This document shows positions 9,447 to 21,789 of a DNA stretch of 64,000 nucleotides, piece after piece; position 1 is the first letter of the stretch; each line of letters opens with the position of its first letter. The notes beneath the pieces are model-generated. The model was not told where the DNA came from and did not search any database. It worked only from the letters and a program-made list of their open reading frames with translations. The stretch spans positions 2,272,001-2,336,000 of the forward strand of contig OZ243913.1 of the NCBI GenBank assembly GCA_965213705.1, given 5' to 3'. Origin of the DNA: Trueperaceae bacterium (GTDB lineage Bacteria; Deinococcota; Deinococci; Deinococcales; Trueperaceae). The position numbers and the translations under genes are program-made.

Positions 9447-10415
9447 ATGATTTTATTCGTTGCAGACCATGTAAAAGGCAAACTCAAAAAAAGCGCGCTG
9501 GAACTTGCGACGGCGGCCAACACACTCGCAGACGGGCTCGGCGGCGAACCGGTCGGCGTGGTGCTCGGCAGTGACGTGAGCGGCGTGGCGCAGGAACTCT
9601 CTAACCACGTCCCGAAAGTCGTCGCCGTCGAAGACGCGGCGCTGGCCCAGATGCGCGCCGAACCCTACGCGGCGGCGGTCGCAACGCTCGCCCAGGACTT
9701 GGGCGCGAAGGCCGTTTTGGTCAGCGCTTCGAAGTCCGGCTTGTCGTACAGCCCGCGGGTCGCGGTGCGCTTGGACGCGCCGCTGCTAGAAGACGTAACC
9801 TCGCTGAGTGTTGAAGACGGTGAAGTTGTCGCCACGCGCTTTTCTTACCTGTCCCGCGTGACCGAAACGGTCAAGGCGCTCGGCACGCCGGTGGTCGTCA
9901 GCGTCAAGCCGAACGTCTTTCCCGTTGCTGACGAAAGCGCTGCGGGCTCGGTCGAGACAAAATCAGTTACGATTCCCGAAGAGGCGCAGCGCGTCACGGT
10001 GGGGGAGCGGGCGGCGGCGAAGAGCGGCCGCGTCGCGCTCGACGAGGCGAACATCGTCGTTACCGGCGGGCGCGGCGTCGGCGGGCCGGAGGCGTTTACC
10101 AACCTCATCGAACCCCTGGCCGATGCCATGAACGCAGGGGTCGGCTCGACCCGCGCGGTTGTCGATGCGGGCTGGCGGCCCTACGGCGAGCAGGTCGGGC
10201 AGACCGGTAAAACGGTGTCGCCGGACGTCTACTTCGCGCTGGGCGTTTCGGGCGCGGTGCAGCACCTCTCGGGCATGAACCGCTCGAAAATCATCGTCGC
10301 CATCAACAAAGACGCCGACGCACCTATTTTCAAAGTAGCGGACTACGGCGTCGTGGGCGACGTGAACACGGTCGTTCCGGCGCTCACAGACGCGTTGCAA
10401 GCGCAAAAGGGGTAG
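9447..10415 (+). CDS. etfA: Electron transfer flavoprotein alpha subunit
   Basis: [34 protein letters not shown]. Confidence 0.95.
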   Translation: MILFVADHVKGKLKKSALELATAANTLADGLGGEPVGVVLGSDVSGVAQELSNHVPKVVAVEDAALAQMRAEPYAAAVATLAQDLGAKAVLVSASKSGLSYSPRVAVRLDAPLLEDVTSLSVEDGEVVATRFSYLSRVTETVKALGTPVVVSVKPNVFPVADESAAGSVETKSVTIPEEAQRVTVGERAAAKSGRVALDEANIVVTGGRGVGGPEAFTNLIEPLADAMNAGVGSTRAVVDAGWRPYGEQVGQTGKTVSPDVYFALGVSGAVQHLSGMNRSKIIVAINKDADAPIFKVADYGVVGDVNTVVPALTDALQAQKG

Positions 10416-10429
10416 GCAAGCCCCGGTTC

Positions 10430-10456
10430 GTAGGGGCGGGTTTCAAACCCGCTCCT
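10430..10456 (+). repeat. GTAG-type REP-like palindrome or terminator
   Basis: GTAGGGGCGGGTTT-C-AAACCCGCTCCT. Confidence 0.5.
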
Positions 10457-10534
10457 GAGTTTTGATTTGTAGTGCAGGATGTACACGTCCTCGACTTCTC
10501 AACCCTCGTGTTAGCATCAAGGTTTGGAGGCGTT

Positions 10535-12100
10535 ATGGCAAGAACCTATAGCCACCTTATCGGCGGCAAGGAAGTCACGAGCGAAACGACTTTCGAGTCC
10601 AAAAACTCTTCGAACCTCGCCGACGTCGTCGGGGTGTTTCCAGAAGCGACCCGAGAACAGGTCCGTGAGGCTTGCAAGGTCGCGCAAGACGCGTTCAAAA
10701 CCTGGTCGAAAACACCTGCCCCGGTGCGCGGCGAGGTCGTCGGCAACATCGGCGCGGCGATTGCCCGCGAAAAAGAAGCGCTGAGCCGCCTCGTCACTCG
10801 CGAGATGGGCAAGACCTTGAAAGAAGCGCGCGGCGACGTGCAAGAGGCCATCGACACCTGCCACTTTTTCCAGAGCGAGGGCCGCCGGCTTTACGGTCAA
10901 ACGGTGCCCTCCGAGATGCCCAACAAGGAACTCATGACCTACCGCCGCCCGCTGGGCGTCGTCGGCATCGTCACGGCGGGCAACTTTCCGGTGGCGGTGC
11001 CGAGCTGGAAGATTATCCCGGCGCTGCTGACGGGCAACACCATCGTCTGGAAGCCGTCGGAAGACTCGCCCGCGTGCTCGTACGCGCTCGCCAAACTGAT
11101 GATGGAGGCGGGTGTCCCCGCAGGTGTCCTGAACGTCGTCTTCGGCGGCGGGGCCGGCGCGGCGGGCGAATACATGGTCGAGATGATGGACGAAGGTCTC
11201 GTCGACAAGTTCGCCTTTACGGGCTCGACCCGCGTGGGGCGCAAAATCGGCGAAATCGCCGGGCGCAACTTGACGCACCCGACCCTAGAACTCGGTGGCA
11301 AAAACCCGCTCGTGGTCATGCGCGACGCCGACCTGGACAATGCCGTGTCGGGCGCACTATGGGCGAGTTTCGGCACCGGCGGCCAGCGCTGCACCTCGGC
11401 GGGCAACTTAATCGTGGACGCGCCCGTTTATGACGCGTTCAAGGAGCAGTTTTTGGCGGCCGCCAAAAACGTCAAAATCGGCGACCCGAACCGTTACGAC
11501 GACGTGCTCTACGGCCCCTTCATCAACGAGCGCTTTTTCAGGTCGTGGCTCGAGCACTACGATTGGGGCCGCGCCGACGGCGCGACGCTCCTCTACGGCG
11601 ACGGGCGCATTACCGAAGAGAGCAAACCCGAAGGCTTCGTCGGCGACCCGGCTGCCGCCTTTTACGGCTGGCCGACGATTTGGGAAGGCGTCAAACCCGG
11701 CATGAAACAGTTTCAAACCGAGGTGTTCGGCCCGACCATCAACCTCGTCAAAGTGGACGGCATCGAGGAAGCTCTCGAGGCTGCAAACGCCATCGACTAC
11801 GGCCTATCGAGCGCGATTTACACCAACAACCGCGAGTGGGCTTACGCCTTCAAGGACAACATCCAGGCGGGCATGACCTCTATCAACAACTCGACCACCG
11901 GGGCCGAAGCGCACATGCCCTTCGGCGGCGTGAAGGGCTCGGGCAACGGCACGCGCGAGTCGGGCATCTGGGTTATCGACAACTACACCTACTGGCACGG
12001 CGTGAACGACGACGTGTCGGGCAAGCTGCAACTGGCGCAGATGGAGACGGCGTACCTGGAGCCTGCGGCAGAGGTGAGCGTCAGCGAGATGTTCGGGTAG
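10535..12100 (+). CDS. NAD(P)-dependent aldehyde dehydrogenase
   Basis: NFPVAV, FTGST, LELGGKNP, GQRCT, EVFGP, PFGG; GGAGG RBS before ATG 10535. Confidence 0.92.
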   Translation: MARTYSHLIGGKEVTSETTFESKNSSNLADVVGVFPEATREQVREACKVAQDAFKTWSKTPAPVRGEVVGNIGAAIAREKEALSRLVTREMGKTLKEARGDVQEAIDTCHFFQSEGRRLYGQTVPSEMPNKELMTYRRPLGVVGIVTAGNFPVAVPSWKIIPALLTGNTIVWKPSEDSPACSYALAKLMMEAGVPAGVLNVVFGGGAGAAGEYMVEMMDEGLVDKFAFTGSTRVGRKIGEIAGRNLTHPTLELGGKNPLVVMRDADLDNAVSGALWASFGTGGQRCTSAGNLIVDAPVYDAFKEQFLAAAKNVKIGDPNRYDDVLYGPFINERFFRSWLEHYDWGRADGATLLYGDGRITEESKPEGFVGDPAAAFYGWPTIWEGVKPGMKQFQTEVFGPTINLVKVDGIEEALEAANAIDYGLSSAIYTNNREWAYAFKDNIQAGMTSINNSTTGAEAHMPFGGVKGSGNGTRESGIWVIDNYTYWHGVNDDVSGKLQLAQMETAYLEPAAEVSVSEMFG

Positions 12101-12206
12101 AAGCTGTTTGGGTAGCTCGAGGGGGCGGGTGCGGACTCGCCCCTGCTACTTTTGAGGGTTTCGACCTTCTCGAGCGGACGGCTAAACTCTGAAACAGGAG
12201 GTTGCT

Positions 12207-12314
12207 ACGAAACCCGTTGTCGTTTTGAGCGCCGTCATAGTCAGCGCGCTGGCCGCGATTCCGGCGACGCTGTGGTGCATGGTGAAGGTCAAAAAGCTGA
12301 ACCGGCCTGAGTAA
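12207..12314 (+). CDS. Candidate 35-aa single-TM small protein with an ACG start
   Basis: AGGAGG RBS, 5 nt, then ACG. Reads (M)KPVVVLSAVIVSALAAIPATLWCMVKVKKLNRPE*. Confidence 0.4.
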   Translation, partial: TKPVVVLSAVIVSALAAIPATLWCMVKVKKLNRPE

Positions 12315-12332
12315 CAAGTGTTTTGACTCGAG

Positions 12333-12629
12333 TCAAACGGAAGTCGTCGCCCACCGCTTCGCTCTGTCGATAAGAGCGTCTTTGTAACGCGGCCAGTCGT
12401 GCAAGGTGGCGGGGTCGAAGTCCGCGCCGTTGGGCCAGACGAGAGCATGGACTTCGGGGTCGATGAACACTTGGTTGAACAAGGTCAGGTCACGTAGAGG
12501 TCGGTAGAGGTCGCCCTCGAGGATGTGCTCGAGTGCCACGACTTGCTCAGTGTTGTCGTCGAAAGCAACACGTAAGGTATAGGGCTTTAGAATTTCTACT
12601 TCAGTCACTCGGTAAATAGGATGTTTCAT
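12333..12629 (-). CDS. DUF2442-family protein
   Basis: YTLRVAFDD...FNQVFID...LVWPNGADFDPATL; lies downstream of DUF4160. Confidence 0.82.
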   Translation of the reverse strand: MKHPIYRVTEVEILKPYTLRVAFDDNTEQVVALEHILEGDLYRPLRDLTLFNQVFIDPEVHALVWPNGADFDPATLHDWPRYKDALIDRAKRWATTSV

Positions 12630-12638
12630 AAACCTCCT

Positions 12639-12908
12639 TCATCGTAGCGGTTCGATTTTACTCGGCAAACGGCCAGTTTGCAGTTTCTGCCAGTTGTCCA
12701 GCAACTCCTCCTGATGAAGTTCTGCCCAAGCCTCGACGAAGCGGCTTTGGCGTCGGGGCAGCGTGCCCGCGATAATCTCGACTGTGTCTATACTCACCAC
12801 CACGACTTTGTCTCCGTAATAAGCGTGAAAGTGAGGACGGTGATGAGGTTCGCCGGGTTCAGCGTACATGCGAATGATAATCCCAAAAAACCGTGCTAAC
12901 TCTGGCAT
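12639..12908 (-). CDS. DUF4160-family protein
   Basis: MPELARFFGIIIRMY..EPHHRPHFHAYY...WAELHQEELLDNW. Confidence 0.85.
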   Translation of the reverse strand: MPELARFFGIIIRMYAEPGEPHHRPHFHAYYGDKVVVVSIDTVEIIAGTLPRRQSRFVEAWAELHQEELLDNWQKLQTGRLPSKIEPLR

Positions 12909-12991
12909 CCTTCAGTATAGATGTAGACCGTGATGAGCCCTCATTTTTGCCGGTCACACAAGCCTGACATGTAACGCTTTACACTGTACCC

Positions 12992-14227
12992 ATGAGTGAC
13001 ATCGTCAGGCAAAAAACCGTAACCTGCTGGGTCGGCGGCGTCCCCGTCGGCTCGGGGCACCCAATCGTCGTGCAGTCCATGACCAACACCGACACCGCCG
13101 ACGCGCGCGGGACGGCCGTGCAGGTGGCGCAACTCGCGCGGGCCGGCAGCGAAATCGTCCGTATTACCGTGAACAACAAAGAGGCGGCAAGGGCCGTTCC
13201 CGAAATCAAGCAGCGTATCGCCGACATGGGCTACCCGGTACCGCTTGTCGGCGACTTTCACTACAACGGCCACCTGCTCTTAACCGAGTTCCCCGACGCT
13301 GCCGCAGCCCTCGAGAAGTACCGCATCAACCCCGGCAACGTGGGCGCGGGCAAGCACCATGACAAGAACTTTTTGACGATGATTGACGTTGCCAAAGAAC
13401 ACGACAAGCCGGTGCGCATCGGGGTGAACTGGGGCTCGCTCGACCAAACCCTGCTTACGAAACTGATGGACGAAAACGCTTCCGCTGCACATCCGGTAGA
13501 GGCGAGGGACGTGACCATCGAAGCGATGCTCCAGTCGGCGCTGCTGTCCGCCGAACTCGCCGAGGAGCACGGGTTGGGCCATGACAAAATCATCCTGAGC
13601 GCTAAGGTCTCGCGCGTGCGCGACCTGTGGGACGTGTACCGGTTGCTCGCTAAGCGTTGCGACTACCCGCTCCACCTCGGGCTGACCGAAGCGGGCATGG
13701 GCGTGAAGGGGGCGGTCTCGAGCACCGCGGGCTTAAGCGTGCTGTTGGCCGAGGGCATCGGCGACACGATTCGCGTGTCCTTGACCCCCGACCCCGGCGC
13801 GCCACGCGACAAGGAAGTGGAAATTGCCCAGGAAATTTTAGCAGCGCTGGACTTACGCCGCTTCGCGCCGACGGTGACGGCCTGCCCCGGCTGCGGCCGC
13901 ACCACCAGCACACTGTTTCAGGAGATGGCTCGAGACATCCAGGCCTACCTCAAAGCGCAGATGCCCGTGTGGCAAGAAACGCACCCCGGCGTCGAAAACT
14001 TGAATGTGGCGGTGATGGGCTGCGTGGTGAACGGCCCCGGCGAGTCCAAACACGCCGACATCGGCATCTCGCTGCCCGGCTCCGGCGAGGACCCCAAAGC
14101 GCCCGTCTACCGCGACGGCAAGTTCGTCACCACGCTGCAAGGCCCGAGTATCGTCGCTGACTTCAACAAGATGTTGGACGAGTACGTCGAAAGTCGCTAC
14201 GGGACGGCGGAGGCGGCCTCGAGTTAG
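12992..14227 (+). CDS. ispG: HMBPP synthase (MEP pathway)
   Basis: [42 protein letters not shown]. Confidence 0.96.
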   Translation: MSDIVRQKTVTCWVGGVPVGSGHPIVVQSMTNTDTADARGTAVQVAQLARAGSEIVRITVNNKEAARAVPEIKQRIADMGYPVPLVGDFHYNGHLLLTEFPDAAAALEKYRINPGNVGAGKHHDKNFLTMIDVAKEHDKPVRIGVNWGSLDQTLLTKLMDENASAAHPVEARDVTIEAMLQSALLSAELAEEHGLGHDKIILSAKVSRVRDLWDVYRLLAKRCDYPLHLGLTEAGMGVKGAVSSTAGLSVLLAEGIGDTIRVSLTPDPGAPRDKEVEIAQEILAALDLRRFAPTVTACPGCGRTTSTLFQEMARDIQAYLKAQMPVWQETHPGVENLNVAVMGCVVNGPGESKHADIGISLPGSGEDPKAPVYRDGKFVTTLQGPSIVADFNKMLDEYVESRYGTAEAASS

Positions 14228-14309
14228 CTAGCCATCAGGTTGATAACAAAAGCTGAAAAGCGTGAGAGTCAGTTATGCCCTGCCGCCTCTTCGAGTTAAA
14301 CTGGACGTG

Positions 14310-14663
14310 ATGAAGCTGAATCACCTTAACCTCACGGTCAGCGATGTGGCCGAAACTCGAGCCTTTTTAGAAAAGTACTTCGGGCTGCGCAGTCTCGAAG
14401 GTGTAGAAAGCGATGAAAGTTTCGACGTGCTGTTTGACGACGCAGATTTGGTGCTCACGCTGATGAAGGTTGGCAAAACGGCGGTCAAGTATCCGGCAAG
14501 TTTTCACATCGGCTTTATTCAGGGAAGCGAAGAAAAGGTCAACGAGCTTAACCGGCAACTCAAGGCTGACGGTTACGACGTGAAACCGCCGCGCCGGTTT
14601 CATGGTTCGTGGACATTTTATTGTAAAGCGCCAGGCGGGTTCAGCGTCGAAGTTCTTTGTTAG
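14310..14663 (+). CDS. VOC/glyoxalase-family protein
   Basis: LNHLNLTVSDV...FHIGF...FYCKAPGGFSVEV. Confidence 0.85.
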   Translation: MKLNHLNLTVSDVAETRAFLEKYFGLRSLEGVESDESFDVLFDDADLVLTLMKVGKTAVKYPASFHIGFIQGSEEKVNELNRQLKADGYDVKPPRRFHGSWTFYCKAPGGFSVEVLC

Positions 14664-14703
14664 CCTCGGCGTGCTGCTGCGGTTGAACAAGCTCTTTCCG
14701 CTA

Positions 14704-15557
14704 GAGCGTGTTATGAACTAGCCGGAAGAGTTAAAAAAGGGGCTAAGCGTTTAAGCATGAGCATAGAGAAAGCTAAGAAATGCAGCCCAGCAAGGGTTTC
14801 AGGCAGTCGTTCATAGTCACGGGCTAAGCGCCTGAGTCGGGATGTCCAGGCAAAGGAACGCTCTACGACCCAGCGTCTGGGTAGCAAAACGAAGCCTTTC
14901 TTAGCTTCTTCGTGTTTAACAACGAAGAGCCGAATGCCTTGGCTTTTAGCCGCCTCGGCTGCGTCGTCACCTGTGTAGCCCTGGTCTACAAACGCAACCT
15001 CGACGGATTCTCCAGTTATGGTTTGAACTTGCTCGGCAAGCGCTTCAACCTGATGGCGTTCTTGTTCGTTTGCAGGTGTAACGACAAGGGCTAAGAGTAG
15101 ACCCAAGGTATCGACTGCCAGATGGACTTTAGAGCCTTTCTTACGCTTGTGTCCGTCATAGCCCGCACGTTCGCCACTCTCAGGCGTACTTTGTAAGGTG
15201 CGTCCATCAAACACCGTCGCTGTTGGGTTTTCTCCTCGTCCTTTCAGCCGTCTCAGCAGGCTTCGTAGGTCGTGGGTCATCTCCTCGAACACGCCTGCTT
15301 TTAACCACCTTTGGCTTTGCTGATATACCGCTTCCCAAGGTGGGAAGTCACCAGGTAAATAGCGCCAAGGTGAGCCTGAGCGAACCATCCATCTCAAAGC
15401 ATCAAACACCTCTCGTAGGTCATAACTTCGTTGTGGGGCGTCTTCTCTGATTAAGCTCAAGTACGGTGCTACAAAAGCCCATTCTTCATCGCCGACATCA
15501 CTCGGATAACCTTTCCTTGTCATTCTTTAGTTTAGCGATTGAGTTCATAACACCCTC
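14704..15557 (-). mobile_element. IS5-family insertion sequence (~854 bp)
   Basis: TIRs GAGCGTGTTATGAACT / GAGGGTGTTATGAACT, inserted in a CTAG context (TA or CTAG target duplication); GC lower than the host. Confidence 0.92.
14711..15523 (-). CDS. IS5-family DDE transposase
   Basis: [54 protein letters not shown]; single intact ORF with its stop inside the TIR. Confidence 0.93.
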   Translation of the reverse strand: MTRKGYPSDVGDEEWAFVAPYLSLIREDAPQRSYDLREVFDALRWMVRSGSPWRYLPGDFPPWEAVYQQSQRWLKAGVFEEMTHDLRSLLRRLKGRGENPTATVFDGRTLQSTPESGERAGYDGHKRKKGSKVHLAVDTLGLLLALVVTPANEQERHQVEALAEQVQTITGESVEVAFVDQGYTGDDAAEAAKSQGIRLFVVKHEEAKKGFVLLPRRWVVERSFAWTSRLRRLARDYERLPETLAGLHFLAFSMLMLKRLAPFLTLPASS

Positions 15558-15614
15558 TAGCCGATTGCTCACGCGCCTACGAACTCGTTTCTGTGGTCTG
15601 TGTTAGCTTAAACC

Positions 15615-16511
15615 ATGACCGCGCCACAAAAGAGGTTGCCGCGAGGGTACGTGACCGCCGAGGACGCTATTCTCTACTGCAACGCGCTCACCAAGGCGCA
15701 CTCGAGCACCTTTTACTTGGGCTCGCGGTTGTTCGCGCCGCAGGAGCGGCGGGCGGTGAGCGTCGTTTACGCGGTTTGCCGCAGCGGTGACGACGCGGTG
15801 GACGAAGCGCCCTCAACCGAGGTCGGGCGGCGGCGTTTGGACGCCTGGTGGGGACACGTGGACAGGGCCTACGACGGCGTCATCGACATCGGCCAGCCCC
15901 TAGAGGTCGGGCTGCGGTGGGTTTTAGAGACCTACGACGTGCCCAAAAGCGCCCTGGAAGAGCTTTACTTGGGGCTCGAGTCCGACCTGAGTGACCAGTC
16001 TTTTGAAACCCTAGAAGACCTGATGCTTTACTGCCGCCGCGTGGCCGGGGTGGTGGGGCTGCTCGTCGCGCCGATTGCGGGCTATTCGGGCGGTGACGAA
16101 ACCCTCGCCTGCGCCGTCGCGCTCGGCCAGGCGATGCAGCTCACGAACATCCTGCGCGACGTGGGCGAGGACCTGGAGCGGGGACGCTGTTACTTGCCCC
16201 TGGAGCTTTTGGACAAGCACGGGGTCAGCCAGGCAAGTTTGCAAGACGGCGTGGTGAGCGAAAACTACATCGCCCTTTTGGAAGACCTGTCGCACCTCAC
16301 GCACCGCTTGTACCGTTTGGGCTGGAAGGGCATTCCGTGTCTGAGCGGCGTGGCGAAGACGGCCGTTGGGGTGGCGGCGCTGAGCTACGAAGGCATCTTG
16401 CACAAGCTGCGGCAAAACAGCTATGACAACCTGACAAGGCGCGCGCACCTGCGCACGTTTGAGCGCATCGCGCTGATTCCCAAGGCGGTGTATTCGGTTT
16501 ACACGCTCTGA
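15615..16511 (+). CDS. crtB: Phytoene synthase
   Basis: STFYLGSRLF, YAVCRSGDDAVD, YCRRVAGVVG, QLTNILRDVGED. Confidence 0.92.
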   Translation: MTAPQKRLPRGYVTAEDAILYCNALTKAHSSTFYLGSRLFAPQERRAVSVVYAVCRSGDDAVDEAPSTEVGRRRLDAWWGHVDRAYDGVIDIGQPLEVGLRWVLETYDVPKSALEELYLGLESDLSDQSFETLEDLMLYCRRVAGVVGLLVAPIAGYSGGDETLACAVALGQAMQLTNILRDVGEDLERGRCYLPLELLDKHGVSQASLQDGVVSENYIALLEDLSHLTHRLYRLGWKGIPCLSGVAKTAVGVAALSYEGILHKLRQNSYDNLTRRAHLRTFERIALIPKAVYSVYTL

Positions 16512-16704
16512 GAAAACAGGCCCAAAAGTTCCCGTCACTCGGCGAAAGTCCAAGTGCTACGTCCCGCGCAGCGCAGGGATGCTGATGGCTCCAAGGTTTT
16601 TGGGTGAGTCCTTGTAAGCACTCAAGTTAAAGTCGAACAAAAGCCGGAGAGTCTTTCAACTCACTACAGTTCCGAACACGCGCCACGCGGTACGATGCTC
16701 TTCT

Positions 16705-18371
<1,667 letters not shown>

Positions 18372-18375
<4 letters not shown>

Positions 18376-19883
18376 CCTACTGGGAGTTCCACCTCGTGTT
18401 TACGCTGCCGGTCGTCGCCCTGCTGGGTTTGTTGACGCTGCGCGACCTGCGCAGGGGTGAAAACCTGTGCGGTTCGCTGGGGCACGGTTCTTCGGGGCGC
18501 GGTACGCGCTTTGCGGCCTGGGCGGTGCTGGCGCACATCGTCATCGCCCTCGTCTACACGACGCCTTGGGACAACTACCTCATCTACCGCGGCGTGTGGG
18601 GCTATTCACCGGGGCGGGTGCTGTTTGCGGTCGGCTACGTGCCGTTCGAGGAATACTTGTTCTTTATCATTCAGACCGTTATCGCGGGGCTGTTTTTCTA
18701 CCTGCTGGCCCGCCGCTTGGACACGCCGCCGACCGAATTCGTGTCCAGCCAGCGTTCACGTATTCGCCTCGTCGGGAGTTTGCTGGTGTTGGGGTTGGCA
18801 GCCCTCGGCGTGGTTGCTTTGTCCTTTGACCGGGGCACCTACCTGGGCCTCATTTTGGTGTGGGGAACGCCGGTACTGGCACTCCAGTGGGGTTACGGGG
18901 GCGACTTTATTCTGGAGCGCTGGCGGCTTCTTCTCCCGGCTATTTTTATCCCGAGCCTCTACCTGTGGATAGCCGACCGAATCGCGATTGGGCTCGAGAT
19001 TTGGTGGATAAGCCCTGAGTTGTCGACCGGTTTCAAAATTCTAGGCTTGCCCATCGAGGAAGCGCTGTTTTTTTTGATGACGAACCTGTTCGTGCTGTTC
19101 GGCCTGAGCCTGGCGCTGCATCCCGAGTCGGTAACGCGCTACCGGCGTTTGCGCGGGCTGGTGCGGCTCGAGCCCTGGCAGGTACTGCTCGGTTTGTGGG
19201 CTCTAAGCATGATTCCGACGCCGCTGGTGCCGGGGGCGTTTCCCGTGTTTGCTTACCTCAGTACCTCGCTGTTGGCGCTGGGTTTGCTCGGTTACGCGCT
19301 GGGGCGCTACGGGGTGAAAGCTTGGCTCCTCTTCGGGCTGGCTTTCGGCTTCGGCTTGGCCGTGGAGTACCTGGGCGAGACGACCGGCTTGCCCTTCGGC
19401 ACTTACCGCTACGCTGCGCCGGGGCCGAGCCTTTTCGGGGTGCCGCTGCTCGTGCCCTTGGGTTGGTGGGCGTTCACGCTCGTCGCGTTGTCCATCACGC
19501 CGCCGGGGCGCAAGCTGTTTTTGGCACCCCTGGCGATGGTCGCCTGGGACTTAGGGTTGGACCCGCTCATGGTGAGCAAGGGGTTCTGGTCGTTCGAGGG
19601 GGGCGGGTTTTACTACGGCGTGCCACTCATGAACTTCGTCGGGTGGTACTTGGCGGGCTTTGTGCTGGTGTGGCTGATGCTGCGGCTCGAGCCGCGCCTG
19701 CAACGCGCCGACAGCTTTGAACTGCGCTTTGTCTTCACCGCGCAAGCGTTTCTCATCAGCGTCGGGCTGGTGTTTTTCGGTTTGCCCGTGGCGGGGCTCG
19801 TCACCTTTGTGGCGATGGGCGCGTTCGCGCTGCCGCCCTTGCTGCGCGCCCGCGCCGAGGGCCGGTTGCTGCCGACGAAATGA
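18372..19883 (+). CDS. Fusion of CrtYc/d-type membrane lycopene cyclase and CruF carotenoid 1,2-hydratase
   Basis: Two cyclase repeats ([25 protein letters not shown]) followed by CruF motifs ([32 protein letters not shown]). GTG 18372 overlaps the crtO stop. Confidence 0.8.
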
Positions 19884-20578
19884 GTTACCCGACGCACCTG
19901 CGAACGCTCGTGACGGGTGAACTCGAGGGCTGGATTTCGCGCTCGCTGCCGTTCATCGTCAACCGCAGTCTGCGCACCGGCTTGCACGGCATCTGGGCGC
20001 GCGGCGACTGGGCGGGTTTGCCCGCGGGACCCTACATCCTCGCCGCGAACCACCACTCCTGGTGGGACCTCTACCTTATCTGGCGGTTGCGCGACAAGTT
20101 GGCACGCACCATGACCGGCTTTATGGACGAGGCCACCCTTGCCAAGTTTCCCTTTTTCCGGCGGCAGGGCGTCATCTCGCGGACCGAGGTGCGCCTCGCC
20201 CTGCGACGTTTGGCCCGGGGCGACGTGCTGCAGATATTCCCCGAAGGCACGTTGCGGCAGGCGGGGCAGGTAAGAGAGGTCGAGGCGGGGCTCTCTTTTC
20301 TAACTCACAAGGCCCAGGTACCCGTCTACCCCCTCGCCTTCCGCGTCGTGATGCGCGGCGCGGAAAAGCCGGAGGCGTTTGTGGTGCTGGGGGAGAGGCT
20401 GGGAGATGAAAACCTGCTGACCTGCTTCACAACCGCCGTCAACACACTTCTCACCGAAATAGACGCCGCGGTCGCCACATCAAACCCCGAACTGCCGCCG
20501 GAGGGTTTCGAGGCGTGGGGCATGTCCGCAAGGCGCTTCGACGAACGCCTGGCCTGGTTGAAAAAGGTGTGGTCGTGA
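19880..20578 (+). CDS. PlsC-family acyltransferase (CruD-like carotenoid glycoside acyltransferase)
   Basis: NHHSWWD and FPEG motifs; operon context. Confidence 0.8.
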   Translation: MSYPTHLRTLVTGELEGWISRSLPFIVNRSLRTGLHGIWARGDWAGLPAGPYILAANHHSWWDLYLIWRLRDKLARTMTGFMDEATLAKFPFFRRQGVISRTEVRLALRRLARGDVLQIFPEGTLRQAGQVREVEAGLSFLTHKAQVPVYPLAFRVVMRGAEKPEAFVVLGERLGDENLLTCFTTAVNTLLTEIDAAVATSNPELPPEGFEAWGMSARRFDERLAWLKKVWS

Positions 20579-21789
20579 CCCTGCTGCTCGTGGTCGCCGC
20601 ACTGTTCGTCGGGGTGCAACTGGTGACGTTGCTCGTCAACTTGTGGACCTTTCCGGTGCTCGATGCGTTTGCAGGTGAGGGAGTACCGAGTACCGAGCGG
20701 AAAGTACCGGGTGAAAAGAGAAAAGAGAAAAGCGAAGGCTTTTTCTCCTCCGCTCAGAACGAAGTGTCTCCGGGCGGAGACGCGGACCGGGCGCGCAAAA
20801 CCGGCAACCGCGTTTCCCTCCTCGTTCCGGCGCGGAACGAGGCCTTGAACTTGCCCGAAACGCTGCCGCGCGTGCTGGCGCAACCGGGGGCGTACGAGGT
20901 CATCGTCTTAAACGACCAGTCCACCGACGCGACTCGTGAGGTTTTGGCGGGGTTCGCGGCGAACAGCCCGCACCTCAAGGTTTTAGAAGGTGAGTCGCTG
21001 CCGAGCGGCTGGAGCGGCAAAAATTGGGCCTGCCACCAGCTCGCGCAGGCGGCCACGGGCGACGTGCTCGTCTTTACCGACGCGGACGTGTTTTGGGAAA
21101 CGGACACGTTGGACGCACTGCTGAGTTTCAAGGCCGCCGAAGATGCCGGTTACGTCAGCGTGTGGCCGCGTCAAATCACGAAAACCCTTGCCGAACGCCT
21201 CACCGTCCCGGTTATCGACCTCGTCCTGCTCGGAGCGCTTCCTTACCTCGGCGTGCGCTGGTTGCCCTTTGCGGCATTTTCGGCGGGCAACGGACAGCTG
21301 ATGTTGTTTACGAGGGCCGCGTACTCCAAAATCGGTGGGCACGCAGCTTTTAAAAACGAGGTCTTGGAGGACGTGCGGATGGGCCAGGCGGCCAAGGGGG
21401 CGGGCGTGAAAACCGCGCTCGCGCTCGGTGGGCGGGCCGTCGCCACGCGGATGTACCGGTCGCAGGGAGAACTGCTTAACGGCTTCAGCAAAAACATCCT
21501 CGCCGCTGTCTCGAATAGCCGTGGGGCGCTCGTCGGCCTGAGTCTGCTCAGCACGCTCGTCTACAGCCTCGCTTGGCCGCTCGGCTTCGTGAACCCCTGG
21601 TGGTTCGCGGTGGGCGCGGCGGGGTTGGTGCAGCGCGGTTTGACCGCTTACAAGACGCGCCGCAACCCGCTCGAGGCCCTGCTGCAACCCTTCATGGCCT
21701 ACTCGCTGCTGCAAGTTACTTACCGCGCGCTGCGGCGCGGCGGGGGTTACGTGTGGAAGGGCCGCGAGTACGGTCCGGGGCGCGCGTGA
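20575..21789 (+). CDS. GT2 glycosyltransferase (CruC-like)
   Basis: VPARNE, GWSGKNWAC, FTDADV, LEDV, WKGR; GTG 20575 overlaps the previous stop. Confidence 0.85.
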   Translation: MTLLLVVAALFVGVQLVTLLVNLWTFPVLDAFAGEGVPSTERKVPGEKRKEKSEGFFSSAQNEVSPGGDADRARKTGNRVSLLVPARNEALNLPETLPRVLAQPGAYEVIVLNDQSTDATREVLAGFAANSPHLKVLEGESLPSGWSGKNWACHQLAQAATGDVLVFTDADVFWETDTLDALLSFKAAEDAGYVSVWPRQITKTLAERLTVPVIDLVLLGALPYLGVRWLPFAAFSAGNGQLMLFTRAAYSKIGGHAAFKNEVLEDVRMGQAAKGAGVKTALALGGRAVATRMYRSQGELLNGFSKNILAAVSNSRGALVGLSLLSTLVYSLAWPLGFVNPWWFAVGAAGLVQRGLTAYKTRRNPLEALLQPFMAYSLLQVTYRALRRGGGYVWKGREYGPGRA

